Positions 18,836-26,996 of a stretch of DNA of 56,129 nucleotides are shown here, one piece after another. The DNA comes from a virus. A program made the position numbers and the translations under genes. Location of the stretch: IMG/VR virus record IMGVR_UViG_3300025892_000002. One strand, given 5' to 3'. Below the pieces are notes generated by a model. The model did not search any database and was not told the origin of the DNA. It worked only from the letters and a program-made list of their open reading frames with translations. The stretch's first letter is position 1. Each line of letters opens with the position of its first letter.

Positions 18836-19527
18836 TAGTTAGCACCTTGTATAACTGGTGTAGGTCCACCTGCAGGACTTGCTGGAGATTGCATATCATC
18901 TCTTCTAGTACGTCTTGCTTGATTACGTAAACCATCTATTGAATTTTTATACTTAGCTTCCCATGATTGAACCACTTGAAAATCTTTTATAAAATAATTA
19001 GCTTCTACCATACAAGCATTAAATAAAGCATTATAACAATCTTCACTAAAATAATTAGAAATTGTTGCACTTGTACCTGTTGCACTTGATAAAGCTAAAG
19101 GTTGTTTTGTATATTGTATTTCACCTGCTAGTGTAGAAGTAGGTGTAGGTACTATATAAATTTGTGTATTTGTTTTACGTGCATAATATCTTGGAGTTCC
19201 TACAGATGTAGGTTTGTTCCAATAGTCTATTGCATATTCATATGTTCTTTGTAGCAAAGGAATAATACCAGTTGGTTCACCATATACAGTTGCACTTGTT
19301 GTAAAGTTTACATTACGTACAACTAATGCACCATCAGGTAAACTTACTACTGGATTGTTTGCTGTAAAAGTAACAGAGGAATATGTATCTAAAGCTACAT
19401 CATCTAATTCTTTCATTATACGATCTTCAGCTTTTTGTACAAAGAAAGGAATTTGCGTAGCAAACTCATTTGAATCATTCTCTATTGTATTTACAATGTC
19501 ATCTTTTAAATAAGAATAGTTAGGCAT
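18835..19527 (-). CDS. Head-tail adaptor/connector-like protein, 230 aa (paralogue of 15219..15893)
   Basis: See paralogue alignment; located just downstream of the capsid genes. Confidence 0.4.
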   Translation of the reverse strand: MPNYSYLKDDIVNTIENDSNEFATQIPFFVQKAEDRIMKELDDVALDTYSSVTFTANNPVVSLPDGALVVRNVNFTTSATVYGEPTGIIPLLQRTYEYAIDYWNKPTSVGTPRYYARKTNTQIYIVPTPTSTLAGEIQYTKQPLALSSATGTSATISNYFSEDCYNALFNACMVEANYFIKDFQVVQSWEAKYKNSIDGLRNQARRTRRDDMQSPASPAGGPTPVIQGAN

Positions 19528-19531
19528 TTAG

Positions 19532-19810
19532 TTATCCTAATATTAAAGTTACTGAACTTCCATCTGAAGGTGCAGAAACTGAAACAGTTCCATCAAATCT
19601 AACACCCATATCTCCTATATAAATATCTGCTGTTCCACTTGCAGGAACTTGAAATTTTATTTTATCTCCAGTAGAATCAGAAAGAGCAAAAGTTCCTGTT
19701 GCTGTAACTGCTGCTGCATGTATTGCTGTAACTCTTGTTATATCAGAAGTTGTTACAATAACACCATTTGTTGCTCCACTAAAAAATTTACTTGTATAAT
19801 TATTTGCCAT
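19532..19810 (-). CDS. Small beta-rich head-associated protein, 92 aa (decoration candidate)
   Basis: Thr/Ala/Gly/Ser-rich, directly after the capsid gene. Confidence 0.35.
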   Translation of the reverse strand: MANNYTSKFFSGATNGVIVTTSDITRVTAIHAAAVTATGTFALSDSTGDKIKFQVPASGTADIYIGDMGVRFDGTVSVSAPSDGSSVTLILG

Positions 19811-19831
19811 TTATTTTCCTTATGATATAAA

Positions 19832-19855
19832 GAGGAGAATATTTCTACTCTCCTC
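19832..19855 (-). terminator. Stem-loop just downstream of the major capsid gene (partial terminator/mRNA stabiliser candidate)
   Basis: GAGGAGA (19832-38) pairs with TCTCCTC (19849-55), 10-nt loop; on the - strand it is followed by TTTATAT. Confidence 0.4.
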
Positions 19856-19869
19856 AATATATTTAGTAA

Positions 19870-20784
19870 TTAGGCTCCAGCGTTACCAAACCAACCACGC
19901 CAATCAGAAACACCAAAAGAATATCTTTCACGTGCTTTGAAACGTAAATTGCCAGTATCGAAATCTGGTTCCATTTTTGTTTGTAGTGGAGTTCTATTAA
20001 ACATTTTAGTACCATTAGGTACATCTGTTTTAATGAACCAAGCGTTAATGTCAGTAAAACGCCTGTTTACATAGAATCCATCAGGTAGTACACCTAAATG
20101 TCTAACAGCATTTATATCATTTAAATTAAAATTACCTGCTGATAAAGTTGTAGCACCAGGAGTATTTAATAGTTGATCTGCTGTAAACATTAGATCTGTA
20201 GGTATGTGTAATGAAACACCAGATGCACCAATTAATATGCCACGATCATCAGTAGTTTTTTGTATCTGAATGATTGCTGCTTCAATAGCTGCTTCTGATA
20301 TAGCTGCATTACCAGTAACATTGGTTACTGTGCCTGCACCTATAACTGGATGGGCTGCACTAAACATTGGCACACCATCACCTTGGTTTGTTGTAAAGCC
20401 ATTGTTATACAAGTCAGCAGCTTTTTGCTGTTTTGTACTTCCCATAGCTCTTGCTAATCCTTTTGCTCTTAGTTTTGCAAAAGTGTCGTATAGATTATCT
20501 TCCATAGCTTCTTCAGTTACTGCAAATGCTAATGCTACAGTTTCATTAGTATACCTTGAAGTATAACTTTCTGATGCATCATCATAAACAACAGCAGCAC
20601 CTTCATTCTTAACTGGTGCTCCACCAAAACCTGTGAAGAGTACTTCTTCTTCAAAAGCTCTGTCTGAGTTTTCTATTTCGTATAATGGTTTATGTTCTTC
20701 GTCTACGCTGCCATACTCTATTCCAAAAACTGCATTCAGTCCAGGAAGTAGTTCTTTGGCAATACTTGCTCTATTGATAGCCAT
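19870..20784 (-). CDS. Major capsid protein, HK97-fold type, 304 aa
   Basis: Size, position after the scaffold, and N-terminus MAINRASIAKELLPGLNAVFG..., which resembles Mu gpT-like capsid proteins as I recall them. Confidence 0.7.
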   Translation of the reverse strand: MAINRASIAKELLPGLNAVFGIEYGSVDEEHKPLYEIENSDRAFEEEVLFTGFGGAPVKNEGAAVVYDDASESYTSRYTNETVALAFAVTEEAMEDNLYDTFAKLRAKGLARAMGSTKQQKAADLYNNGFTTNQGDGVPMFSAAHPVIGAGTVTNVTGNAAISEAAIEAAIIQIQKTTDDRGILIGASGVSLHIPTDLMFTADQLLNTPGATTLSAGNFNLNDINAVRHLGVLPDGFYVNRRFTDINAWFIKTDVPNGTKMFNRTPLQTKMEPDFDTGNLRFKARERYSFGVSDWRGWFGNAGA

Positions 20785-20800
20785 TTAATTATTCCTTTCC

Positions 20801-21430
20801 TTATGCCATTAACAATGTTGTGGTTACAAAATTATCAATATGATTGTTTAGACGTACTTCATACCAAGGGAAAGCATCTGTTGCAGTAGCTGAAGCTGCT
20901 ACACCAGTATCCCAAGGTGCTCTATCTATAACTCTCATAGCTGAAAAAGATACAGTTTGACCATCTGCATCTGCTCTATAGCCACTTTGACCTGTTCTTG
21001 TTGAGCCTGTTCCTACTACAAACGCAGTATTATGTGGATAGCCTGCAATAGTAGCTGCGAAAGTTACTGTTGCATCCATCTGTACAAAGTATGTTTGTTT
21101 AGGATCTGAAGCTACATGAAGTTTTACATCAGTAGCTGTTATTCCACCAGTCCATTGTCTACTAAATTGTTGGTCACCTGAACCATCAACGTAACTGCAA
21201 CCTTGAAAAACACCCATAGTCTTAACGCCTACAGCTGCACCTGCTGCGACAATAGTACCTGTAGATGACTCAAATGCCAATGGATCACCTGTAAATAAAT
21301 TATTAGGTATCCCTGCACTTGGAGCTAAATGAGCATTATTCCAATTAATAGTTGTAATTCCAGTAGAGTTAGAACCAGCACCATTTTTTCTCGCAAGTAC
21401 TAGACCACGAGGAGCATTAGTTGCTGCCAT
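20801..21430 (-). CDS. Beta-rich head-module protein, 209 aa (decoration/cement candidate)
   Basis: Gly/Thr/Ala-rich; lies between the scaffold region and the capsid gene. Confidence 0.3.
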   Translation of the reverse strand: MAATNAPRGLVLARKNGAGSNSTGITTINWNNAHLAPSAGIPNNLFTGDPLAFESSTGTIVAAGAAVGVKTMGVFQGCSYVDGSGDQQFSRQWTGGITATDVKLHVASDPKQTYFVQMDATVTFAATIAGYPHNTAFVVGTGSTRTGQSGYRADADGQTVSFSAMRVIDRAPWDTGVAASATATDAFPWYEVRLNNHIDNFVTTTLLMA

Positions 21431-21461
21431 TCTTTTTCTCCTTAATTATGTAGTAAAAGAA

Positions 21462-21956
21462 TTAGTCCTGAAAGTTAGGCTGTCTTCCTGTTACTACTTT
21501 TGATTTACTGTTGTTAGAAATAGGCATACGAGAATTATTGTTACCCATAAGTTGTGCTTCAATCGCATTATTCATGGCTTTACTTTTATCTCTATAAAAC
21601 TTACTTCTTGCTTCGTATTTACCAGTTGGGATTTTTGCTAATCCTACGTCAGCACGACAGACTACCCCTGCGTATCTACCTTCATCTCTCACGACAGATG
21701 TTGCACTCATTTCAGGAACTTCAGCCAGATCAACGAATACCCATCCTTCTTGCAGTTTCTTGCCTAAATGTTTTACGTCATCTACACCTTTAAGGGTCAT
21801 TCTTAACCATCCAAGTGTCATACGTTCGTTGGCGAAACGCTTTAAAACTGCATCAGGAATATGAAGAGCATCTTGTTCTTCAAATGTGTATTCAACTTCT
21901 TCTCTAGCATTATTTTCTCTTAAATCAGTATTACGTGTACTATTAACTCGTGTCAT
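21462..21956 (-). CDS. Head-module protein, 164 aa, unknown function
   Basis: ORF abuts the scaffold gene (21956/21957). Confidence 0.35.
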   Translation of the reverse strand: MTRVNSTRNTDLRENNAREEVEYTFEEQDALHIPDAVLKRFANERMTLGWLRMTLKGVDDVKHLGKKLQEGWVFVDLAEVPEMSATSVVRDEGRYAGVVCRADVGLAKIPTGKYEARSKFYRDKSKAMNNAIEAQLMGNNNSRMPISNNSKSKVVTGRQPNFQD

Positions 21957-22940
21957 TTATTTTCCTCCACGCTGCATATTAATTGTTGTATACTCACCAT
22001 CAGCTCTATCAGCCTTTAGTTTTTCTTGAGCATACTGTTCAAGTGGTACGTTCCATTTGTTAGCTAGTCTAATATCTTCTTTAGACAGTTTAACTTTCTT
22101 ACTAGAACCTGGAGAGCTGCGAGATGCTCCAGCGACTACTTGAGCAGGTTGTGACGCATTTCCCTGCCTACGAACTTCCTCAACTGGAGCAGCTTCTGCT
22201 GCAAACTTATGAGGAAATGTTTCTTTTATCCTACGATCTACTTCATTATAATACTCTTGATCTGCAGGACTATAACCTTCTTCTCTTAACTGTGCATCTA
22301 TTGCTAAAGATGCTGCAGTCATAACTTGATCTGAACCAAACCATTCATTTTTACTTGCCCAATCTTCTGCTTTTGGATCTGCAGTAGGTTGAGGTTGATA
22401 CTGTGGTTGTTGTACAGCTTGTTGTTGTTGTACAGGTTTTTGTTCAAATTGTTGTTTTGTAGCACTTAAAGATTTTAAATCATTTTGTGCTTCATTTAAA
22501 AACTCTTGAGCTTGTAATATCTTAGTTGAATCACCCTCTTCGTGAGCAGTCTTATAAGCATTTCTTGCAAGTTCTAACTTATCTGTTATTTGTTTTTCAC
22601 TTGCATTTAAACTTAATTGATTTACAGTATTAAACTGATGTTCTGTATTCTGTAATCTACTATTAAGTTGTTCATTTTGTTGTATTAGTTGAGCAAGTTG
22701 ATCATCTCTTTCTTTACGTTGCTTAACTAATTGCCTTATTCTTTTCTGTGCTCCTTTAGTTTCTACACCTTCAAGCTCTGGTGGTGCATCTACTTTAGGT
22801 TCTTCTTTTTCTTTTTCAGCTTGTACTAGAGGAATAGCTTTTTCTTCTTGTTCTATTTCTCCTTCTACTTCATATTCTACTTTATTCTTTTCTTCTTCTG
22901 GAGTTGTTGTATCAACTTCATTCCACTCTTCATTGTCCAT
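21957..22940 (-). CDS. Scaffolding protein, 327 aa
   Basis: Acidic N-terminus (EEEKNKVEYEVEGEIEQEEK), long Gln-rich coiled-coil middle, position upstream of the capsid gene. Confidence 0.6.
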   Translation of the reverse strand: MDNEEWNEVDTTTPEEEKNKVEYEVEGEIEQEEKAIPLVQAEKEKEEPKVDAPPELEGVETKGAQKRIRQLVKQRKERDDQLAQLIQQNEQLNSRLQNTEHQFNTVNQLSLNASEKQITDKLELARNAYKTAHEEGDSTKILQAQEFLNEAQNDLKSLSATKQQFEQKPVQQQQAVQQPQYQPQPTADPKAEDWASKNEWFGSDQVMTAASLAIDAQLREEGYSPADQEYYNEVDRRIKETFPHKFAAEAAPVEEVRRQGNASQPAQVVAGASRSSPGSSKKVKLSKEDIRLANKWNVPLEQYAQEKLKADRADGEYTTINMQRGGK

Positions 22941-22992
22941 TATTCATCCTTCGTTGTTTACGAGACATACGACTTACGTTGTATATTCTATT

Positions 22993-23021
22993 ATTATACA
23001 CTATAAAAATTTATAGTGCAA
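22993..23021 (-). promoter_or_regulatory. Sigma70-type promoter on - strand: TTGCAC-N17-TATAAT, spacer is a 9-bp-arm palindrome
   Basis: Reverse complement of 23016-23021 = TTGCAC and of 22993-22998 = TATAAT. The spacer CACTATAAAAATTTATAGTG pairs 22999-23007 with 23010-23018. Confidence 0.55.
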
Positions 23022-23022
23022 C

Positions 23023-23442
23023 TTAGTGACTTAAATTAAATGTAGGATCTAAATGTTTAGGATCTTCTACTTTCATTATTACTTGATCATCATACAATAA
23101 AAGCATTTTAACTTCTTTATATTGTATCTTTTGACCAGCATGTTTTGCGTAACAGATGTAATCTCCTTCTTTACACCAAGGTCCTTTAGGAAATTTATCT
23201 GTATCATTATAAGCAAGATTACCTATTTTAATAACTTTTCCTACAGTTGTTAAATAAGACATATCTTCTTTTGTTGAGTTTGGTATTAATATACCACCTT
23301 TAGTTTTTTCTTTTACTGAGACAGGTCTTACGAGTACATGAAAACCTGGAAGTTCAGGGAGGACATCTGGAGTATCTAAATATTCTTCATCTGTTATCCA
23401 TATGTCATTCTTTATAGTGTTACCTAAATGTGCCTGTTGCAT
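23023..23442 (-). CDS. GroES/Cpn10-like co-chaperonin, 139 aa
   Basis: FHVLVRPVSVKEKTKGGILIP (mobile-loop-like), GKVIKIG, KEGDYICYAKHAG, LLLYDDQVIMKVED parallel E. coli GroES blocks. Confidence 0.65.
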   Translation of the reverse strand: MQQAHLGNTIKNDIWITDEEYLDTPDVLPELPGFHVLVRPVSVKEKTKGGILIPNSTKEDMSYLTTVGKVIKIGNLAYNDTDKFPKGPWCKEGDYICYAKHAGQKIQYKEVKMLLLYDDQVIMKVEDPKHLDPTFNLSH

Positions 23443-23636
23443 TAGTCATCCTCTTCATCATACATACGTTTTTGTATTATGCTTTTTAAATTATTACGAG
23501 ACCATTCAATTCCTTGAATAAGTCCTACGAGTTGCCTATAGTGAGCAAAGTCTTCTGCTTGCCCACTAGAGACAGTTAATCTTAGTTTAGTGAGTTCATT
23601 ATCATATTCTTTAACAACCTCATCCCATATATCCAT
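23442..23636 (-). CDS. Small acidic helical protein, 64 aa
   Basis: ORF shares base 23442 with the next gene. Confidence 0.45.
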   Translation of the reverse strand: MDIWDEVVKEYDNELTKLRLTVSSGQAEDFAHYRQLVGLIQGIEWSRNNLKSIIQKRMYDEEDD

Positions 23637-23645
23637 ACTCAGAAA

Positions 23646-23720
23646 TTAAATCTCTGCACATGCATAGCAGTTAATCTCTAGTCCTACAGATACTTCTTTT
23701 ACGACTGGTGATTTCCACAT
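23646..23720 (-). CDS. pqqA: Unlisted 24-codon ORF encoding a PqqA-like peptide: MWKSPVVKEVSVGLEINCYACAEI
   Basis: Hand translation: ATG 23720-23718, TAA 23648-23646. AAGGGAG Shine-Dalgarno 8 nt upstream. Matches recalled PqqA sequences (W-x-x-P...E...G-x-E-[VI]-x-x-Y; M. extorquens MKWAAPIVSEICVGMEVTSYESAEI...). Confidence 0.6.
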   Translation of the reverse strand: MWKSPVVKEVSVGLEINCYACAEI

Positions 23721-23721
23721 G

Positions 23722-23934
23722 TTATCTTCTCCCTTTAGTTGGTGCTGGATATTTCCAGCTAAATGGATCATATTGATTTAGCACACCTTGTTGTGGTGTC
23801 ATACCTACAGCTCCATCATCATCTGATCTTTTAGTAAAGTCGCCATACATGCCACCATCACCATTTTTCACATGTTCAGGATAACCATTAGTAACACCTT
23901 TCTTAACAGGATATGCTTTATTTCCTATTGGCAT
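23722..23934 (-). CDS. Small Gly/Pro-rich late protein, 70 aa
   Basis: ORF shares base 23934 with the portal gene. Confidence 0.45.
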   Translation of the reverse strand: MPIGNKAYPVKKGVTNGYPEHVKNGDGGMYGDFTKRSDDDGAVGMTPQQGVLNQYDPFSWKYPAPTKGRR

Positions 23935-26477
23935 TATTGATCATCTCCTTTCATTTCTTCTTTTAATAATTCTGACATGACATCAACAAGTTTAAAACTT
24001 CTTTGTCTATCATCCAGATTCTCCATTTGAGTAACTTTTTCTAAAGCACTCATACGAATTTTTTCCATATCTATTTCAGCTTTCTGATCTGCTAATGCAG
24101 CCTTTGCCATTATATCTAAAGACTTCATTGTCTCTTTACTTGCTCTATCAAGATCACCTTTTTCTTTTTTCATTATAGCAGATTGACCTTCTTTTCCTGC
24201 ATCTACCATTAACTTAGCTTCTTCTAGTTCTAGTTTCTGTGCATCTAATGCAGAGTCTGCAGAATGTTTAGCCATAGTAGCTTGTAGTTTTTGTTTCTCT
24301 AATTCTACCTTTGCTGTTTCTAATGCAACCATTTGTTGTTCAGGTGACTCTGCTTGACCTGCAGCCATATTAGCATTCATTACTTGTTGAGCTGCAGCAG
24401 CCATAGCTGATTCTGCTACAGAAGGATTCTGTTGTTGTTCTGGTGGTAGTTGTTCCATTGCCATTCTTGCCATACCATTCATTTGCTCTTGGTATTTTAA
24501 TACAGAATGTTCTTGTATATTAGATTCAAGTATTGGTTTTAATCTAGCCATAATAGGATTAGCACCATTCTGTGGATCTTGTAGATACATCATCTTAACT
24601 TGTATATGTGAGTCATGGTTCTGTCCTGGAAATGCTGCAATAGGTATACCTTTAGTTGCAGCCATTATATCAGATACAGGATCTAATTGTTGTGGTTCTT
24701 GTTTAGGTGGTAGTATTTGTTCTAAGTTAGGTAGATTAGCAGCACTTAGTATAGTTCTATTAAGTGCTTCAAGGTTGAACATACCAGGAGGTGATTGCTG
24801 TGCCATTTGTAAAGCCATCTGGGAAAGCATCATCCTATGTGCATTTGAAGGAATGTTAGGATCAGATACTGGAATAATATCTACTCTTCCATCAAAATCT
24901 TGCTTGAAGATATTCTTCTCTGCAAAAGGTATTTCATATGGATACTCAGAAGGAAGATAATCATAATTTATCTGTGCAAGTATTTTAAATTCATCTCTTT
25001 GAGATTTGTGTAATCTCTTGTGAATAGCAGAGAAGAACTTACTTGATGCTTCTAGTAAAGCCATAGTAGTACCAACAGGTCCATAAGATGATGCATCAGA
25101 AACAATTTGTTCTGTACTATCAGCAAACTTTTGACCTGCAGAGGTTATGAAGCCAAGCATATTAAACAATGTTTGGGAAGGTTCTTTATAAGGGAGAGAG
25201 ATTATAGCCTTGTTAAGATCTTGCCCTGTTGCTTCAACTTCTTTAAACTCACCTGGACTGATAGGATCATTGTCACCAACAATTCTAACACCCTTTGCTT
25301 TGAATCCTCCTGGTAGGTTTGCGAATTGACCTGCATCCACTAGACTTCTCATGGCTGCTGTTGCAGTCATAGTTAAGTTTCCTAAGAAGTGCATGAGACC
25401 AAATCCATAGAAACTAAAGCCTGGCACGAATCTATAATGAACAAAGTGTGACACTTTCTCCTGATTCTTATCATCCTTCTTATAGTTTCTACGAATACTT
25501 AAAATTTGTTGTGACTGCTCTTCTACTGTAACAATATAAGGAAGAGCATAGTCTTCTTCTATTTCTAAATAACAATGTTGTTCTAGTAATGTATACTGTG
25601 GATCATTTGTTCCTGTTGGAGACAAACCAATAATAGTATCCATTTTAGAAGAAAAAGATGTAGGTTCTGGATTAGTTGCTTCTGGTAACTCTATATCTCT
25701 ATAGATACCTGTACGTATATCTCTTGCAAGATCAACAGGACTTCTATATATTACATGTGTATATCTATCTGCTTTACGTAGATTAGATGCATAGTAAGAT
25801 ACATAGAACTGATCAATAGGAACAAACTCAGATACTGGTCTTTTAAGATTAGCATCATAGTATACTTTCTTAAAGGCTGATCCTATTAATGGTAAATGGA
25901 ATAACATTCTTTCCATCTCATCAAAGTATTCAGGCATCTGTTCTGTTGTTTGATAATTCATAAAGTCTTGCACACGATTAGATTGGTCTTCTCTTTCAGG
26001 AGTAGACTTTCCTACTATCTGTGCTTTTACTGGACCTGATGGTGGAAACAATTCTTGTATAGCTTTTGCTTGAAACTTAACAGCAGATTCTATTAACATT
26101 GGATGAACTGCTGTACACGCACCTTCAAATGGTTCTGATGTTTCTTGTATCTTTAATCCTAGTAGATCAAAACCTTTTTCAAACATAGCTTCCCACTCAG
26201 AGCGAGATTCTTTATCTGATGTATAATTATCTACTATAGTAGATGCTACTTCTTCTTGTTCAGCATCATCTAGTTTATCTGTAATATCTCCATACCATTC
26301 TTGTATAGATTCTTCAGCTTCCATTTCTATTGTTGATTCTGTAAAGTCTACAGTCATACCACCATCTTCTTCAGGATAAAAAGCAGGACCTTCTTCCATT
26401 ACTTCTTGTTGTGGCATATCTATTATGTTAGAAATTTCTTCTGGTATTTGTTCAAATGGATTTCGTTCTGTTGCCAT
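23934..26477 (-). CDS. Portal protein, 847 aa, with long C-terminal coiled-coil extension
   Basis: Largest head-module ORF near TerL; acidic N-terminus; last ~200 aa are Ala/Gln/Glu/Lys-rich helix, as in P22-type portal barrels. Confidence 0.7.
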   Translation of the reverse strand: MATERNPFEQIPEEISNIIDMPQQEVMEEGPAFYPEEDGGMTVDFTESTIEMEAEESIQEWYGDITDKLDDAEQEEVASTIVDNYTSDKESRSEWEAMFEKGFDLLGLKIQETSEPFEGACTAVHPMLIESAVKFQAKAIQELFPPSGPVKAQIVGKSTPEREDQSNRVQDFMNYQTTEQMPEYFDEMERMLFHLPLIGSAFKKVYYDANLKRPVSEFVPIDQFYVSYYASNLRKADRYTHVIYRSPVDLARDIRTGIYRDIELPEATNPEPTSFSSKMDTIIGLSPTGTNDPQYTLLEQHCYLEIEEDYALPYIVTVEEQSQQILSIRRNYKKDDKNQEKVSHFVHYRFVPGFSFYGFGLMHFLGNLTMTATAAMRSLVDAGQFANLPGGFKAKGVRIVGDNDPISPGEFKEVEATGQDLNKAIISLPYKEPSQTLFNMLGFITSAGQKFADSTEQIVSDASSYGPVGTTMALLEASSKFFSAIHKRLHKSQRDEFKILAQINYDYLPSEYPYEIPFAEKNIFKQDFDGRVDIIPVSDPNIPSNAHRMMLSQMALQMAQQSPPGMFNLEALNRTILSAANLPNLEQILPPKQEPQQLDPVSDIMAATKGIPIAAFPGQNHDSHIQVKMMYLQDPQNGANPIMARLKPILESNIQEHSVLKYQEQMNGMARMAMEQLPPEQQQNPSVAESAMAAAAQQVMNANMAAGQAESPEQQMVALETAKVELEKQKLQATMAKHSADSALDAQKLELEEAKLMVDAGKEGQSAIMKKEKGDLDRASKETMKSLDIMAKAALADQKAEIDMEKIRMSALEKVTQMENLDDRQRSFKLVDVMSELLKEEMKGDDQ

Positions 26478-26902
26478 TATATTGTCCTCTGTGCATTATA
26501 ATTTTTATTAGGATCATTCATTATTCTACCACCTTCTTTTTTATTTTTTTCCTTAAAAATATTAAATGCTTTTCTTTGTGCAGATTCTTTAATAACCTTT
26601 CCATTTTCTATTATACTACTAAAAGATATTCTAGGTTTAGCTTCATAATTTAACTCATATTTTTCAAAGCGATCATAATCTCTTTTGTAATCTTTATTCT
26701 GTCTTAATAATTTTTTAGCTTCTTTTAATGAAGGTGCTTGTATTTCTGCAGTAGTTGACATACTTTCTAATTTACTAATTTTTTTACCATCTTCATATCT
26801 ATTAGGACTTTTAAATTTAAAATCAAATATATAATTTTTTAATTTGTTTACAGTTGCATTTTGTCCTGTTGCTATTTCTATTGCTTTTTTATATTTTCCC
26901 AT
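26477..26902 (-). CDS. Lys-rich protein, 141 aa, unknown function
   Basis: ORF shares base 26477 with the portal gene; contains KNKKEGGRIM motif. Confidence 0.45.
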   Translation of the reverse strand: MGKYKKAIEIATGQNATVNKLKNYIFDFKFKSPNRYEDGKKISKLESMSTTAEIQAPSLKEAKKLLRQNKDYKRDYDRFEKYELNYEAKPRISFSSIIENGKVIKESAQRKAFNIFKEKNKKEGGRIMNDPNKNYNAQRTI

Positions 26903-26925
26903 AAATAACTTCTCTCTCTATAATA

Positions 26926-26946
26926 GTTTACGTTATGATCGTAAAC
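26926..26946 (-). other. 5'-UTR inverted repeat GTTTACG-N7-CGTAAAC
   Basis: 26926-26932 pairs with 26940-26946; lies between the predicted promoter and ATG 26902. Confidence 0.3.
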
Positions 26947-26961
26947 ATTAATGATAAACAT

Positions 26962-26990
26962 ATTATAACACTAAGTTCTTCAGTATGCAA
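26962..26990 (-). promoter_or_regulatory. Sigma70-type promoter on - strand: TTGCAT-N17-TATAAT with TGn extended -10
   Basis: Reverse complement of 26985-26990 = TTGCAT and of 26962-26967 = TATAAT; the spacer ends ...TTAGTGT. Confidence 0.55.
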
Positions 26991-26996
26991 GTTATA

